A stretch of 64,000 nucleotides of DNA from Myxococcales bacterium (GCA_047601445.1 JASGJH010000001.1:3200001-3264000); one strand, 5' to 3'; shown: positions 10,271 to 20,245, counted from the stretch's first letter. A program made the numbers and translations. The notes: generated from the letters alone by a model not told the origin.

Positions 10271-11523
10271 CAAGTGCTCCCGGCACCGCGCCGCGCGACG
10301 GGCACCGGCAGAATCCCTGGCTTCGCGAACGTGACGACCGCGTCATATCCCCCGAAGGCCAGCGCATTGTTGAGCACGATGTCGGCCTTGCCGGCACGCG
10401 CCTGATTGCGCACCACCTCCACGTCGCACTCGGGGTCGGCTTCTTCGTGATGGATGGTGGGCGGGTAGATGCCGGTCAAAATGGTCTCCACGCAGGACAC
10501 CGCCTCGAGCGCGCTGGCCGCACCCATGCAGTGCCCCACCATGCTCTTGATGCTCGAGATCGGCACCCGGCGTCCCTCGAACACTTCCTTGATCACCACG
10601 CTCTCCACTTGATCGTTGGCGGGTGTGCCCGTCCCATGGGCGTTCACGAAGTCCACTTGCCCGTGCGTGAGTCCGCTGGCCGCGATGGCCTCGCGCATGG
10701 CCCGGATGCTGCCCTTGCCCTCGGGATGCGGGCGCGTGATGTGATACGCGTCGCAGGCCAGTCCGTAGCCGCCGACTTCCGCGAGCAGGTTCGCGCCGCG
10801 ACGCCTGGCGTGCTCCTCCGATTCCAGCACCAGCACGGCCGCGCCCTCGCCGATCAGCAACCCCTTGCGGTTCTTGTCGAACGGCTGACAGTACTCGGGA
10901 GCGATGGCTCCGAGCCGCACGAAGCCCGCGAACTGCACCTTGTCGAGGATCTCGCTGGCGCCCGTGATCACCACGTCGGCGCGCCCTGCCCGAATCTGAT
11001 CGAGGGCGAAGCCGATGGCGTAGTTGCCTGCCGCGCAGGCGGCCGGCAGGGTCTGGACCAGGCCGCGTGCACCCACCGCGCGCGCCACGTGTACCGGCAA
11101 CAGCGTGGTCCCGTAGCGAGCCAACTTGCTGGTGGCCACGGCCTCTTCGCCGCGGTGCAGCCAGGCGCTCTCGAGCTCGGAGATCACGTCGACCTCGCCC
11201 ATGGTGGTGCCGAGCACCACGCTGGCACGCTCGCTGGCGAGGTTGGCCTGCGCGAGCCCCGCGTCTTCGACGGCCATGCGCGCTGCCGCGATGGCGAATG
11301 CCGAACAGCGACCGGCACGACGCGCCTCGGCCGCGCTCAGATGATCGCGTGGACGAAAGTCGGGCACCTCGCAGGCTCGATCTCGACCGAGGTCCTTGGG
11401 GTCGAACAGGGAGACCGTGCGCGCCCCGGAACGACCTTCCAAGAGCGCTTGCCAGAAGGCTTTTCGACCAAGCCCCAGGGAGCTAACCACCCCCATGCCG
11501 GTCACGTACACGCGGCGTGACAT
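10270..11523 (-). CDS. Beta-ketoacyl-ACP synthase II-type ketosynthase (active)
   Basis: AACAAG, NAHGTGT and KSMVGH triad intact; start MSRRVYVTGMG. Confidence 0.9.
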   Translation of the reverse strand: MSRRVYVTGMGVVSSLGLGRKAFWQALLEGRSGARTVSLFDPKDLGRDRACEVPDFRPRDHLSAAEARRAGRCSAFAIAAARMAVEDAGLAQANLASERASVVLGTTMGEVDVISELESAWLHRGEEAVATSKLARYGTTLLPVHVARAVGARGLVQTLPAACAAGNYAIGFALDQIRAGRADVVITGASEILDKVQFAGFVRLGAIAPEYCQPFDKNRKGLLIGEGAAVLVLESEEHARRRGANLLAEVGGYGLACDAYHITRPHPEGKGSIRAMREAIAASGLTHGQVDFVNAHGTGTPANDQVESVVIKEVFEGRRVPISSIKSMVGHCMGAASALEAVSCVETILTGIYPPTIHHEEADPECDVEVVRNQARAGKADIVLNNALAFGGYDAVVTFAKPGILPVPVARRGAGST

Positions 11524-11659
11524 TGGGCTTGGCGGTTTACCCCAGGGCTCCCCCAAGCGCCAGCATGACGCAGACGCAAGAGTGAATCGGAAGCGAGACA
11601 GCGGAGGGCGTCCACAGACCATGCGGCGGGCGCCGACGCATGCTAAGCGGTGGGCCCCT

Positions 11660-13351
11660 ATGGTCGATGTTCCCCGCACCTTCGTCGAGGCTCTGGAACG
11701 GCTGCCAGCCGGGGAACAAAGAGGATTCCGCTTCGTCACCTCGACTGGGGACGAGCTCTTCTTATCCTATGACAGCCTGCGCCGCGAGGCGACGCGACGG
11801 GCGGGCCTGCTGGCCGAGGCCGGCGTGGCCAAGGGCGATCGCGTGGCCCTGGTCATCCCGGAGGGGCACGACTTCGTGCTCAGCTTCTTGGCCGCAGTCA
11901 TCGCCGGCGCGGTCCCGGTCCCGATCTTTCCGCGCGCGACTTTCAAGGCCAGCTCGGACTACGTCGACTCGGTAGCGCACATCACGGAGGCCAGCGGCGC
12001 ACGCATCCTGCTGTCGGGCGCCGCCAACGCCGAGCTGGTTCAACCAGCTAAGCAGCGCGTGCCCGGGTTGGCCGAAATCGCCGTCACCGAAGCGCTGTTC
12101 ACACCGGAACGCGCCAGCGCGAGCTTCGCTCCGCCAAAAATCGACTCGGCGGATCTGTGCTTTTTGCAGTTCACCTCGGGGAGCACGGCTCGTCCCAAGG
12201 GAGTGATGGTCAGCCATGGCAACCTGATCGCCAATGTCACCTCCTTCCTCGGCCCCCACGGGCTAGCCCGCCGCGACGACGACGTGGGCGTCAGCTGGCT
12301 CCCGCTCTTTCACGATATGGGCCTGATCGGCTTCGTGTTGGGCCCCCTGGTGGTCGACATTCCGGTGGTGCTCCTGCCCACGGCCACCTTCGCACGCGGC
12401 CCGCGCATCTGGCTCGAGACCATCCACAAGCACCGCGGCACCATCACCTACGCGCCCAACTTCGCCTACAGCCTGGCTCTCAAGCGGCTCAAGCCCAAGG
12501 ACGTCGAGTCCCTCGATCTATCGTGTCTGCGCATCGCGGGCTGCGGCGCGGAACCCATCCACGCCGAGACCTTGCGCAGCTTCGCCCGGGCGCTCGCACC
12601 CGCCGGCTTCAAACCCGAGGCGCTCTTGCCCAGCTACGGCATGGCGGAGTCCACCCTCGCGATCAGCTTTCATCCGCGGGGTACGCCCATGGAGGTCGAT
12701 CGCGTCGATTCGACGGCACTGCGAAAAGGGCACGCCAGCCCAGCCCCGGAAGCTGCCGCCGACGACAGCCTGGAGGTCGTCAGCTGTGGTGTCCCCTTCC
12801 CCGATCACGAGCTGCGCATCGTCGACGAGCAAGGCCAGGTCCTGCCCGAGCGGCAGGTCGGCCAGGTGCTCGCGCGGGGACCGAGCGTGTGTCTCGGCTA
12901 CTTCGAGAATCCCGAAGCGACCTCCGCCAGCTTCCCGAACGACGGCTTCCTGCACACGGGCGATCTCGGTTACCTGGCGGACGGAAAGCTGCACATCTGC
13001 GGACGCCTGAAGGACCTCATCATCATCCGTGGCGCCAACTTCCATCCACAGGACCTCGAGTGGGCGGTCTCCGAGATCGAGGGCGTCCGGCGGGGGAACG
13101 TGGTCGCTTTCAGCACCCCTATTTCGGGGGAAGAGCGCCTGGTGCTCGCAGTGGAGTGCGCCTCATTCGAGGCGTCCCAAGTCCGAGCCCGGGTGGCCGC
13201 CAGGGTAAACGAAGCTTTTGGCCTGACGCCCCATCACGTGGCAACTGTAACTGTAGGAAGCTTGCCAAAGACTTCGAGTGGGAAGCTACAGAGAGCGAAG
13301 ACTCGCGATTTGTACATTGGCCAACAGTTGGACGAGCACGCCGAGTCATGA
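11660..13351 (+). CDS. Fatty acyl-AMP ligase (FAAL)
   Basis: FLQFTSGSTARPKGV, SWLPLFHDMGLIG, PNFAY, YGMAESTL followed by the FAAL insertion, TGDLGY, GRLKDLII, PKTSSGKLQR. Confidence 0.9.
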   Translation: MVDVPRTFVEALERLPAGEQRGFRFVTSTGDELFLSYDSLRREATRRAGLLAEAGVAKGDRVALVIPEGHDFVLSFLAAVIAGAVPVPIFPRATFKASSDYVDSVAHITEASGARILLSGAANAELVQPAKQRVPGLAEIAVTEALFTPERASASFAPPKIDSADLCFLQFTSGSTARPKGVMVSHGNLIANVTSFLGPHGLARRDDDVGVSWLPLFHDMGLIGFVLGPLVVDIPVVLLPTATFARGPRIWLETIHKHRGTITYAPNFAYSLALKRLKPKDVESLDLSCLRIAGCGAEPIHAETLRSFARALAPAGFKPEALLPSYGMAESTLAISFHPRGTPMEVDRVDSTALRKGHASPAPEAAADDSLEVVSCGVPFPDHELRIVDEQGQVLPERQVGQVLARGPSVCLGYFENPEATSASFPNDGFLHTGDLGYLADGKLHICGRLKDLIIIRGANFHPQDLEWAVSEIEGVRRGNVVAFSTPISGEERLVLAVECASFEASQVRARVAARVNEAFGLTPHHVATVTVGSLPKTSSGKLQRAKTRDLYIGQQLDEHAES

Positions 13352-13493
13352 AATAGGCAGCTTGTCTGAATTTGTAGAAGGATTGGACGCGTCGATAGCT
13401 GGCCCGTAGAGTTCGCGCGATTAAAGCGTCGAGCCCTCAGTGTTCCAAAACGGAACGTGGCTTCGGAACGTGTCCTGGAGAAGCAATCTGTCT

Positions 13494-13745
13494 ATGAAGC
13501 GCCCTCAACTGATCAAGCTCTTCCGCGACTTGGCGAGTGAGATCGCTGAGAAGGACCTGAGCTTCGTGCAGGAGGAAAGCGCCATCGCTGACCTCGGCAT
13601 TGACTCCCTCGCCATGCTGGAACTGGTGGGCACGATGGAGCGCGAACTGCGTATCCGGGTACCCGACGAGCAGCTGGTGGGACTCGAAACGGTGCGTCAG
13701 CTTCTCGAGCTGGTGGAGCGGCGTCTGCCGCAGAGCGCAGCCTGA
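13494..13745 (+). CDS. Acyl carrier protein 1
   Basis: 83 aa acidic protein with DLGIDSLAMLEL (phosphopantetheine Ser). Confidence 0.9.
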   Translation: MKRPQLIKLFRDLASEIAEKDLSFVQEESAIADLGIDSLAMLELVGTMERELRIRVPDEQLVGLETVRQLLELVERRLPQSAA

Positions 13746-13784
13746 GTTCGGGACTACCGCTGAGCCAAGCGAGACTGGAAACGC

Positions 13785-14012
13785 ATGATGGAACTTAAAG
13801 AGAAGCTGCGCGCGATCGTGGCGGAAGTCAGTGAGATCGACCTGATCCCCGACGAGACGCCCTTCGCCGATCTCGGGATCGACTCGATGATGGCGCTGGA
13901 GATCGTGGCCGAGGTCGAGCGCACCTACAAGGTCAGCGTGCCCGAGGATGAACTCAAGGGTCTGACCAACTTCCAGTCGGTCTACAACCTGTTCGCCGCC
14001 AAGCTCAGCTGA
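13785..14012 (+). CDS. Acyl carrier protein 2
   Basis: 75 aa with DLGIDSMMALEI. Confidence 0.9.
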   Translation: MMELKEKLRAIVAEVSEIDLIPDETPFADLGIDSMMALEIVAEVERTYKVSVPEDELKGLTNFQSVYNLFAAKLS

Positions 14013-14267
14013 GAGGACTCGGGGGCTGCACCTGGTATCGACTCGATACCGGCCGCGGTCGCGCTCTTGAGACCTAGGCTGCGGTTCGGAAGGGGACGGC
14101 TTTACCGGTGCCGCTGACAGGCACCGCAGAGGCACGTCCCCTTTGGCCTTTTCGGTGCCCAGCGCGGCCTTCGCAGGGGCCTGTACGGGGGGCGGTCAGC
14201 GCGGTCTCCACGGTGGGTCATTTTGGTTATCGACTTCCGGGTAGATTTTCATAGACTCGCCCGTCGA

Positions 14268-14867
14268 ATGGGTCGCCCCAAGGCCAGCAGCATCGATGAA
14301 GCCACCCGCGAGCGCCTGCTCGGGGCCGCCGCGCGAGCCTTCGGCTCGTCGGGCTTCAATGGTGCGCGACTCGAAGACATCGCGGCCGACGCGGGCATCC
14401 GACGTTCTTCCCTGCTCTATCACTTCGACAGCAAGCAGACGCTCTACACGGCGGTGCTCGAGCACGCATTCGGGGAGCTGGAGCGGCGCATGGAGATCAC
14501 CATGGCCTCGGCGGACAGCTTCGAGGCGCGCCATCAGAGCTTGGTGGAGGGGATGATCGCCTTCGAGCACGAGCACCAACCGCTCCTGCAGGTGCTGATG
14601 CGCAGCCTGCTCGATCACGACGAGTCGAGCGCCGCCCTGTTGGAGCGCTCCTTCGTGCCACTGGTGGATCGCATCGAGCATTTCATGCGCGTGGGCGCGG
14701 GCGACGCCCTACCCGCGAACTTCCCAGTGCGCGCCGCCATCCTGCAGCAGATCGTGGGCCACCTGGTGCGCTCCGCGATGGGCGCGGCGGGCGAGATGCT
14801 GTGGCGCGGCGAAGCGCATTCCTGGACCCTGGCGCAGGCACTCCTGCGCGGAGCAACGAGACCGTGA
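14268..14867 (+). CDS. TetR/AcrR family regulator
   Basis: N-terminal HTH RLEDIAADAGIRRSSLLYHFDSK. Confidence 0.9.
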   Translation: MGRPKASSIDEATRERLLGAAARAFGSSGFNGARLEDIAADAGIRRSSLLYHFDSKQTLYTAVLEHAFGELERRMEITMASADSFEARHQSLVEGMIAFEHEHQPLLQVLMRSLLDHDESSAALLERSFVPLVDRIEHFMRVGAGDALPANFPVRAAILQQIVGHLVRSAMGAAGEMLWRGEAHSWTLAQALLRGATRP

Positions 14868-14984
14868 CCACGCGTCCCAACGGTCGAAGAGCGCCCTCGG
14901 GCGCGCGAGCGGAGATTGGAGGCATGCGTGCCTGAAGCAGCAGTGACGAAACTCGAGAGCAAGCAGAAGAAGTCGGAGCGTTCC

Positions 14985-15515
14985 ATGGACCTTCCCTCGC
15001 CCACCTACGCCGCCCAGCGCGCCTACGTGGCCATCATGTTCGAGACCATCGGGCGTCTGCTCGAGGCGGCATCGCAGAGCGATGCGGAGATCGCGCGCGA
15101 GCTCGAGGGCTATCGGGACGGCTTCTCGATCGGCTTCTCGGTGCTCGGTGATCCCAAGCTGAAGATGCGGGTCGGCGTGCGCAATGGCCGCTTCGTGCGG
15201 CTGCCGAGCAGCATCCATCCCGAGCTCGAGATCGTGTTCAAGCACATCACGTTCGCGTTCTACGTGCTCAGCTTCAAGGAGAGCACCTCGCGCGCCTATG
15301 CCAACGAGCGCATGCTGACCCACGGCGATACGGCCCATGCCCTGCGCTTCGTGCGCTGCATGAACCGTATGCAAGCCGTGGCGCTGCCGCGCTTCGTGGC
15401 GAACCGGGCGCTCAAGGGCTTCCCGGACATCACCGCGCCCGAAAAGCGCAAACTCGTGACCGACCTCTACGTGAAACTTTTGAGCGGATTCGTGACCCGG
15501 AGCAAATTGCCATGA
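14985..15515 (+). CDS. Hypothetical protein, possibly SCP2-like fold
   Basis: Stop overlaps the ADH start (ATGA); ELEIVFK...RMLTHGD pattern is reminiscent of SCP2; start uncertain. Confidence 0.6.
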   Translation: MDLPSPTYAAQRAYVAIMFETIGRLLEAASQSDAEIARELEGYRDGFSIGFSVLGDPKLKMRVGVRNGRFVRLPSSIHPELEIVFKHITFAFYVLSFKESTSRAYANERMLTHGDTAHALRFVRCMNRMQAVALPRFVANRALKGFPDITAPEKRKLVTDLYVKLLSGFVTRSKLP

Positions 15516-16696
15516 GCGGTTCTTATTTCGAGTTCTTCTGTCCCGTGAAGATCGTGGCGGGTTTCGCCGCGCTCGAGCACATCGCCTACGAGCTCGGCGC
15601 GCGCAGCGCCAGCAAGCCGCTCATCATCACGGATAAGGGCGTGCGCAGCGTGGGTCTCGTGGAGGTCGTGCAAAACGCCCTCAAGAGCGCCGGCGTGTCG
15701 GCGCCACTGGTGTTCGACGACGTGCCCCAGGACAGCGCGACCAACACCGTGACGGCGATTGCCAAGCTGTACCGCAGCGAGGGCTGCGACTCGATCATCG
15801 CCATCGGCGGCGGCTCCGTGATCGACACGGCCAAGGCAGCGAACATTCTGGCCTCCGAGGGTGGTCAGGATCTCACGGCCTACGCGGGCACGAACGTGGT
15901 GAAGCGTCGCCTGCGTCCGCTGTTCGTGCTGCCCACCACGAGCGGCACGGGCTCCGAGGTCACCGCGGTGTCGGTGGTGAAGGACTCGAACTCGGGCATG
16001 AAGTTGCCGTTCGTGTCGCCCTATCTGTTGCCCGACGTGGCCGTGCTCGACCCGCGCATGACCATCGGCTTGCCGCCGTTCTTCACGGCCGCCACGGCCA
16101 TGGACGCGATGACCCACGCCGCCGAGGCCTTCACCTGCCTGGGCAAGAATCCGCTCAGCGACAGCTACGCCAAGGCCGCGATCCAGAAGGTCGCCAGCAA
16201 CGTGGTGGCAGTGCTCGACGAGCCGTCCAACAAGGAGCGCCGACTCGAGCTGGCACTGGCGGCCACCATGGCGGGCATCGCGTTCTCGAACAGCATGGTC
16301 GGCATGGTGCACGCACTCGGCCACACCATCGGCGCGGTAACCCACGTGCCCCATGGCGTATGCATGAGCATCCTCTTGCCGTACGCGCTCGAGTACAACC
16401 TCGACGCGCGCCGACAGGTCATCGGCGAACTCCTGTTGCCGCTCGCTGGCCCGGACGTCTACGCCAAGACCCTGGAGCGCGACCGTCCGCAGGCAGCCAT
16501 CACGGCGATCCGCAGCTTGCGCGAGGCGCTGTGGCAGAAGGCCAAGCTGCCGCGCTCGTTGAGCGAGACAGGCAAGATCACGCGGGACCAGTTGCCGGAG
16601 ATCGCACGCCTCTCGCTGGACGATGGCCCCATGATCATGAACCCGGTCGAGGTCAGCTATCAGGATGCCTTGCGCGTTCTCGAGCGTGCGTTCTGA
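15512..16696 (+). CDS. Iron-containing alcohol dehydrogenase
   Basis: GGGSVIDTAK, PTTSGTGSE, DAMTHAAE, HALGH, VPHG. Confidence 0.92.
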   Translation: MSGSYFEFFCPVKIVAGFAALEHIAYELGARSASKPLIITDKGVRSVGLVEVVQNALKSAGVSAPLVFDDVPQDSATNTVTAIAKLYRSEGCDSIIAIGGGSVIDTAKAANILASEGGQDLTAYAGTNVVKRRLRPLFVLPTTSGTGSEVTAVSVVKDSNSGMKLPFVSPYLLPDVAVLDPRMTIGLPPFFTAATAMDAMTHAAEAFTCLGKNPLSDSYAKAAIQKVASNVVAVLDEPSNKERRLELALAATMAGIAFSNSMVGMVHALGHTIGAVTHVPHGVCMSILLPYALEYNLDARRQVIGELLLPLAGPDVYAKTLERDRPQAAITAIRSLREALWQKAKLPRSLSETGKITRDQLPEIARLSLDDGPMIMNPVEVSYQDALRVLERAF

Positions 16697-16727
16697 AGAC
16701 GGTGGCGGTCCAGGGACCGCCGCTGCT

Positions 16728-16880
16728 CCCGTGTTCGTATTCGTCTCGTAAGGCGTAGTCGTGCGCGTGCGGCTACGCGTGCGCGTGTCAGCGCGGAGCG
16801 GCGAGGCTTGTGTGCCGTCGCCGTCAAAGTTCACGTTAGGTTCACGTCGACGTCGACGACCACCTCAACGTGAACACGGG
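16728..16880. repeat. Low-complexity palindromic intergenic element (CGT/ACG hexamer-periodic)
   Basis: cccgtgttc (16728) is complementary to gaacacggg (16872); gttcacgtt and aacgtgaac also pair; lies between convergent genes. Confidence 0.55.
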
Positions 16881-16886
16881 ATCGCC

Positions 16887-18260
16887 CTACGGATCCGCGA
16901 GTACCTTGGTGGCGGCTACTTCGCCGCTGCGGATGGCATCGGGGATGCCGACGCCCCGGTAGGCGTTGCCGGCCAAGGCGAAGCCCGCGTGCTTGGCGGT
17001 CAGCGCTTCGATGCGCGCCACGCGCGCCAGGTGGCCGAGCTTGTACTGGGGCATGGCCCGCTCGTAGCGGACCACCCGCGCCCACTTGGGCTCGGCCCGA
17101 ACGCCCATCAGGACGGCCAGCTCCCGCCTGGCGAGTTCGATCAGCTCGGCATCTCGCCAAAGGGCACGCTCCTGCCCCTTGTAACCACCCACGAACACGC
17201 GGATGAGCGCCTTGTCGGCCGGCGCCCGCCCCTCGTACTTCACACTGGCCCAGGTGGAGGCCAAGATTTGGCAGGACTCGCGCGCGGGTACCACGAAGCC
17301 GAACGCATCCATGGCATGGGGCACTTCGCTGCGCTCCCATAGACAGGTCACGGTGGCCGCCGACGCATACTCGATGTCGGAGAGCTCCGCCGCGAGCTTG
17401 GCGTCGAACGCTTGCACGCAGCGCGCCGCCCGGTGCGCGGGCAAGGCGAGCACCACGCGCTCGAATTCTCGCTCGGCGCCGCCAACGGTGACGCGAAAGC
17501 CCGCCGCGTCCCTGGCCACCGCGCTGACCGGCTGCTCCGTGTGGATGACGCCTGAGAGCTCCTTGGCGAGCGCGTCGATGAGCTCCTGCATTCCACCGCG
17601 AAAGGCCACGAACATGCCGTAGCGGGCCCCGGAAGACTGCTCGCTCGCCTGCTTCGCGCGCTGCCTCAATCCCAAGATTACCGAGCGGTGATCGCGCTCG
17701 AGCTCGAGGAAACGCGGCATGGTGGCGCTGAGCGAGAGCGAAGCGGGGTCGGCCCCGTAGATGCCACCCACCAGAGGCTGCGCCAGCTGGTCGAGGGCTT
17801 CGCGGCCAAAGCGTCGCGAGACGAAGCCCTCCAGGCTTTCGTCTTCGCGCGCGCGTCCTCGCGGCAACACCAGGTCCAGGCCCATGCGCAGCTTGCCGGG
17901 CCACGAGAGCAGCGGTGAACGCGCCATGGCGGCCAGATCGGTGGGAGCCATCAACGAGAAGCCCTCGGGCACCCGCTCCAGGACGCCCTCGTGCACGATG
18001 TAAGCGCCCCGCGGAGAGGTCCGCGTTCGGATCAAGCTCGGCTCGAGCCCGAGTTCACGCGCAAGGGCCACGCCCCAGGGCTTCTCCGTGAGGATCGAGT
18101 CGGCGCCGGTCTCCACCACACACTCGTCGATGCGCTGACTGCCGAGCAGGCCGCCGATCCGAGCGGAGGCTTCGAACAACTGCACCTGTGCACCGGCCCG
18201 CTGCAGCCGGAAAGCCGCGCTGAGTCCGCTGATGCCACCGCCGATGACGCACACTCTCAT
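16887..18260 (-). CDS. hemY: Protoporphyrinogen/coproporphyrinogen oxidase, HemY type
   Basis: GGGISGL FAD motif, ETGADS, GGIYGAD, AMPQY, GVGIPDAI; lies in the hem cluster. Confidence 0.92.
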   Translation of the reverse strand: MRVCVIGGGISGLSAAFRLQRAGAQVQLFEASARIGGLLGSQRIDECVVETGADSILTEKPWGVALARELGLEPSLIRTRTSPRGAYIVHEGVLERVPEGFSLMAPTDLAAMARSPLLSWPGKLRMGLDLVLPRGRAREDESLEGFVSRRFGREALDQLAQPLVGGIYGADPASLSLSATMPRFLELERDHRSVILGLRQRAKQASEQSSGARYGMFVAFRGGMQELIDALAKELSGVIHTEQPVSAVARDAAGFRVTVGGAEREFERVVLALPAHRAARCVQAFDAKLAAELSDIEYASAATVTCLWERSEVPHAMDAFGFVVPARESCQILASTWASVKYEGRAPADKALIRVFVGGYKGQERALWRDAELIELARRELAVLMGVRAEPKWARVVRYERAMPQYKLGHLARVARIEALTAKHAGFALAGNAYRGVGIPDAIRSGEVAATKVLADP

Positions 18261-19228
18261 GGCACTTCGCGTTGCTCGCTGTGGACGGCCGCTATCACGC
18301 TGTCGGCGAGAGCGCGAATGAACGCCGGATGAGTGCCGAGCGTACTCGCGCGCACGAAGCCGAGGCCGAGACTCTCAGCATGTCTGCGAGCCTCGATGTC
18401 GAGGTCGTAGAGCACCTCCACGTGGTCGCACAGAAAACCGATGGGCAGCGCGACCACGTCTTCGACGCCACGTTGCTTGGCGGCAGTCAAGGCATCGAGC
18501 ACGTCGGGCTCGAGCCACGGCTCGCGCGGGTTGCCGCTGCGACTCTGGTACACGAGTGAGGATCGGCCGCAGAGATCGAACCGAGCCGCCACGCGGCGCG
18601 TGGTTTCGTCGAGCTGAGACACATAGGGCGAACCGCTCGCCATGGCCTGGGGAATGCTGTGCGCCGTGAATAACACCTCGGCCCGCGCGCGGCGCGCACT
18701 GGGCAGCGTGGCGAGTGCCTGCTCCAGGTGTTCAACATGGGCTTCCACGACGGCGTCCGACAAGCCGAAGCCGCGCACCAGACGCAGCACGGGCGCGTCT
18801 GCTCCAAGCTCCGCGCGCGCCTTTTCGACGGCAGCCACGTAGCGGGCCAGGGAGGCCTCGGTTTCCTGCGCGGCCATGATCAACCCGAACACCTCACGAT
18901 GGCCACCTGCGCGAAAGGCCTCCAGGCTGTCCTTCAGCCAGGGAGACCAGTGACGCATCCCCACGCGAACCTCGAGCGGATGTCCGCGCGCAGCGAGCTC
19001 TCGGCTCAACAGCTCGGCCTGGCGCTCGGTATGCGCGGTGATGGGCGAGCTGCCGCCGAGCAACTCGTAGTGGTGCACCACCGACTCGAAGCGCTCCTCC
19101 GGCACTGGACGCCCCTCGAGCACGTTCCGCAAGAAGGGTCGGACGTCCTCGATCTTGTGAGGGCCACCGAAGGCGATCACGAGGAGCCCGCGCACCGTCG
19201 AGGCGGACGTCGCGCTCGTGCTAGTCAT
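18257..19228 (-). CDS. hemH: Ferrochelatase
   Basis: AFGGP, FTAHSIP, YQSR, WLEPD, GFLCDHVEVLYDLD. Confidence 0.93.
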   Translation of the reverse strand: MTSTSATSASTVRGLLVIAFGGPHKIEDVRPFLRNVLEGRPVPEERFESVVHHYELLGGSSPITAHTERQAELLSRELAARGHPLEVRVGMRHWSPWLKDSLEAFRAGGHREVFGLIMAAQETEASLARYVAAVEKARAELGADAPVLRLVRGFGLSDAVVEAHVEHLEQALATLPSARRARAEVLFTAHSIPQAMASGSPYVSQLDETTRRVAARFDLCGRSSLVYQSRSGNPREPWLEPDVLDALTAAKQRGVEDVVALPIGFLCDHVEVLYDLDIEARRHAESLGLGFVRASTLGTHPAFIRALADSVIAAVHSEQREVP

Positions 19229-20245
19229 CGCTGGCTGGCCTCGTGCACGTGATCAACCAGCGCCCGCACCTGATCGACCGACGCTTCCGGGAAGATGCCA
19301 TGTCCGAGATTGAAGATGTGGCCCGGGCGCCCCGCCGCCGACTCGAGCACCGCGCTGGCCCGACGCTTCAGCTCCTCGCGCGGCGCCACCAAGGCATAGG
19401 GATCCAGATTGCCTTGCACCGCCTTCGCACCGAGCTTCTGCCAAGTGGGACCGAGTTCGACGCGCCAATCGAAGCCGATCACGTCACCACCCGCCTCGAG
19501 CTGATGCGATAGGAGGGTGGCCGTGCCGGTGCCGAAGTGGATGTGCGGCACGCTGCGATCGAGGCCAGCGAAGAGGCGCTTCATGTGGGGCTTCACGTAA
19601 CGCACGTAGTCCGCTGGCGAGAGGGCGCCGATCCAGCTGTCGAACACCTGAAGCGCCTGGGCACCGCTGGCGACCTGCGCATTGAGGTAGTCGATGGTGG
19701 CGCTGGTGAGCTTGTGCATCAGCGCATTCCAGGCTCCCTCGTCGTTGTACATGAGCGCCTTGGTGTGCCGGTACTCCTTGCTGCCGCCGCCTTCGATGGC
19801 GTAGGACGCCAGCGTGAATGGGGCGCCTGCGAAGCCGATTAGAGGCACGTTGGCCGGCAGGCCCGCGCGCACCAGGCGCACCGTCTGCATCACGTAGCCG
19901 AGCGACTGCGCCGCGTGGATCTCCTCGGACACGCGCTCGATGTCAGCCGCGGTGCGCACCGGCTTCTCGATGTGCGGCCCGTCCCCCTTGAACTCGAAGC
20001 CGATGCCGAGGGGCTCCAAGAATCAGGAGGATATCGGCGAACAGAATGGCCGCATCGACCCCCAGCTGACTCACGGGCAAGAGCGTCACTTCCGCCGCCA
20101 GGTCGGAGCGCTGACACAGCTCCACGAAGCTGACCTTGCTGCGGATGGCCCGGTACTCGGGTTGATAGCGGCCGGCTTGGCGCATCAACCAGATCGGCGT
20201 GTACGACGTTGACTCACCGCGGCAGGCTTGGAGGAAGGCACTCAT
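19225..20245 (-). CDS. hemE: Uroporphyrinogen decarboxylase with one +1 frameshift at about 20020-20024 (probably an assembly error)
   Basis: [11 protein letters not shown]...[10 protein letters not shown] in one frame, [10 protein letters not shown]...FNLGHGI in another; removing one base gives a 339 aa ORF. Confidence 0.9.

Noticed and set aside
19225..20245. hemE as a pseudogene or programmed frameshift
   Set aside because: No other decay, no slippery sequence, and the same GAATC context as two unrelated frameshifts; a systematic error is more parsimonious
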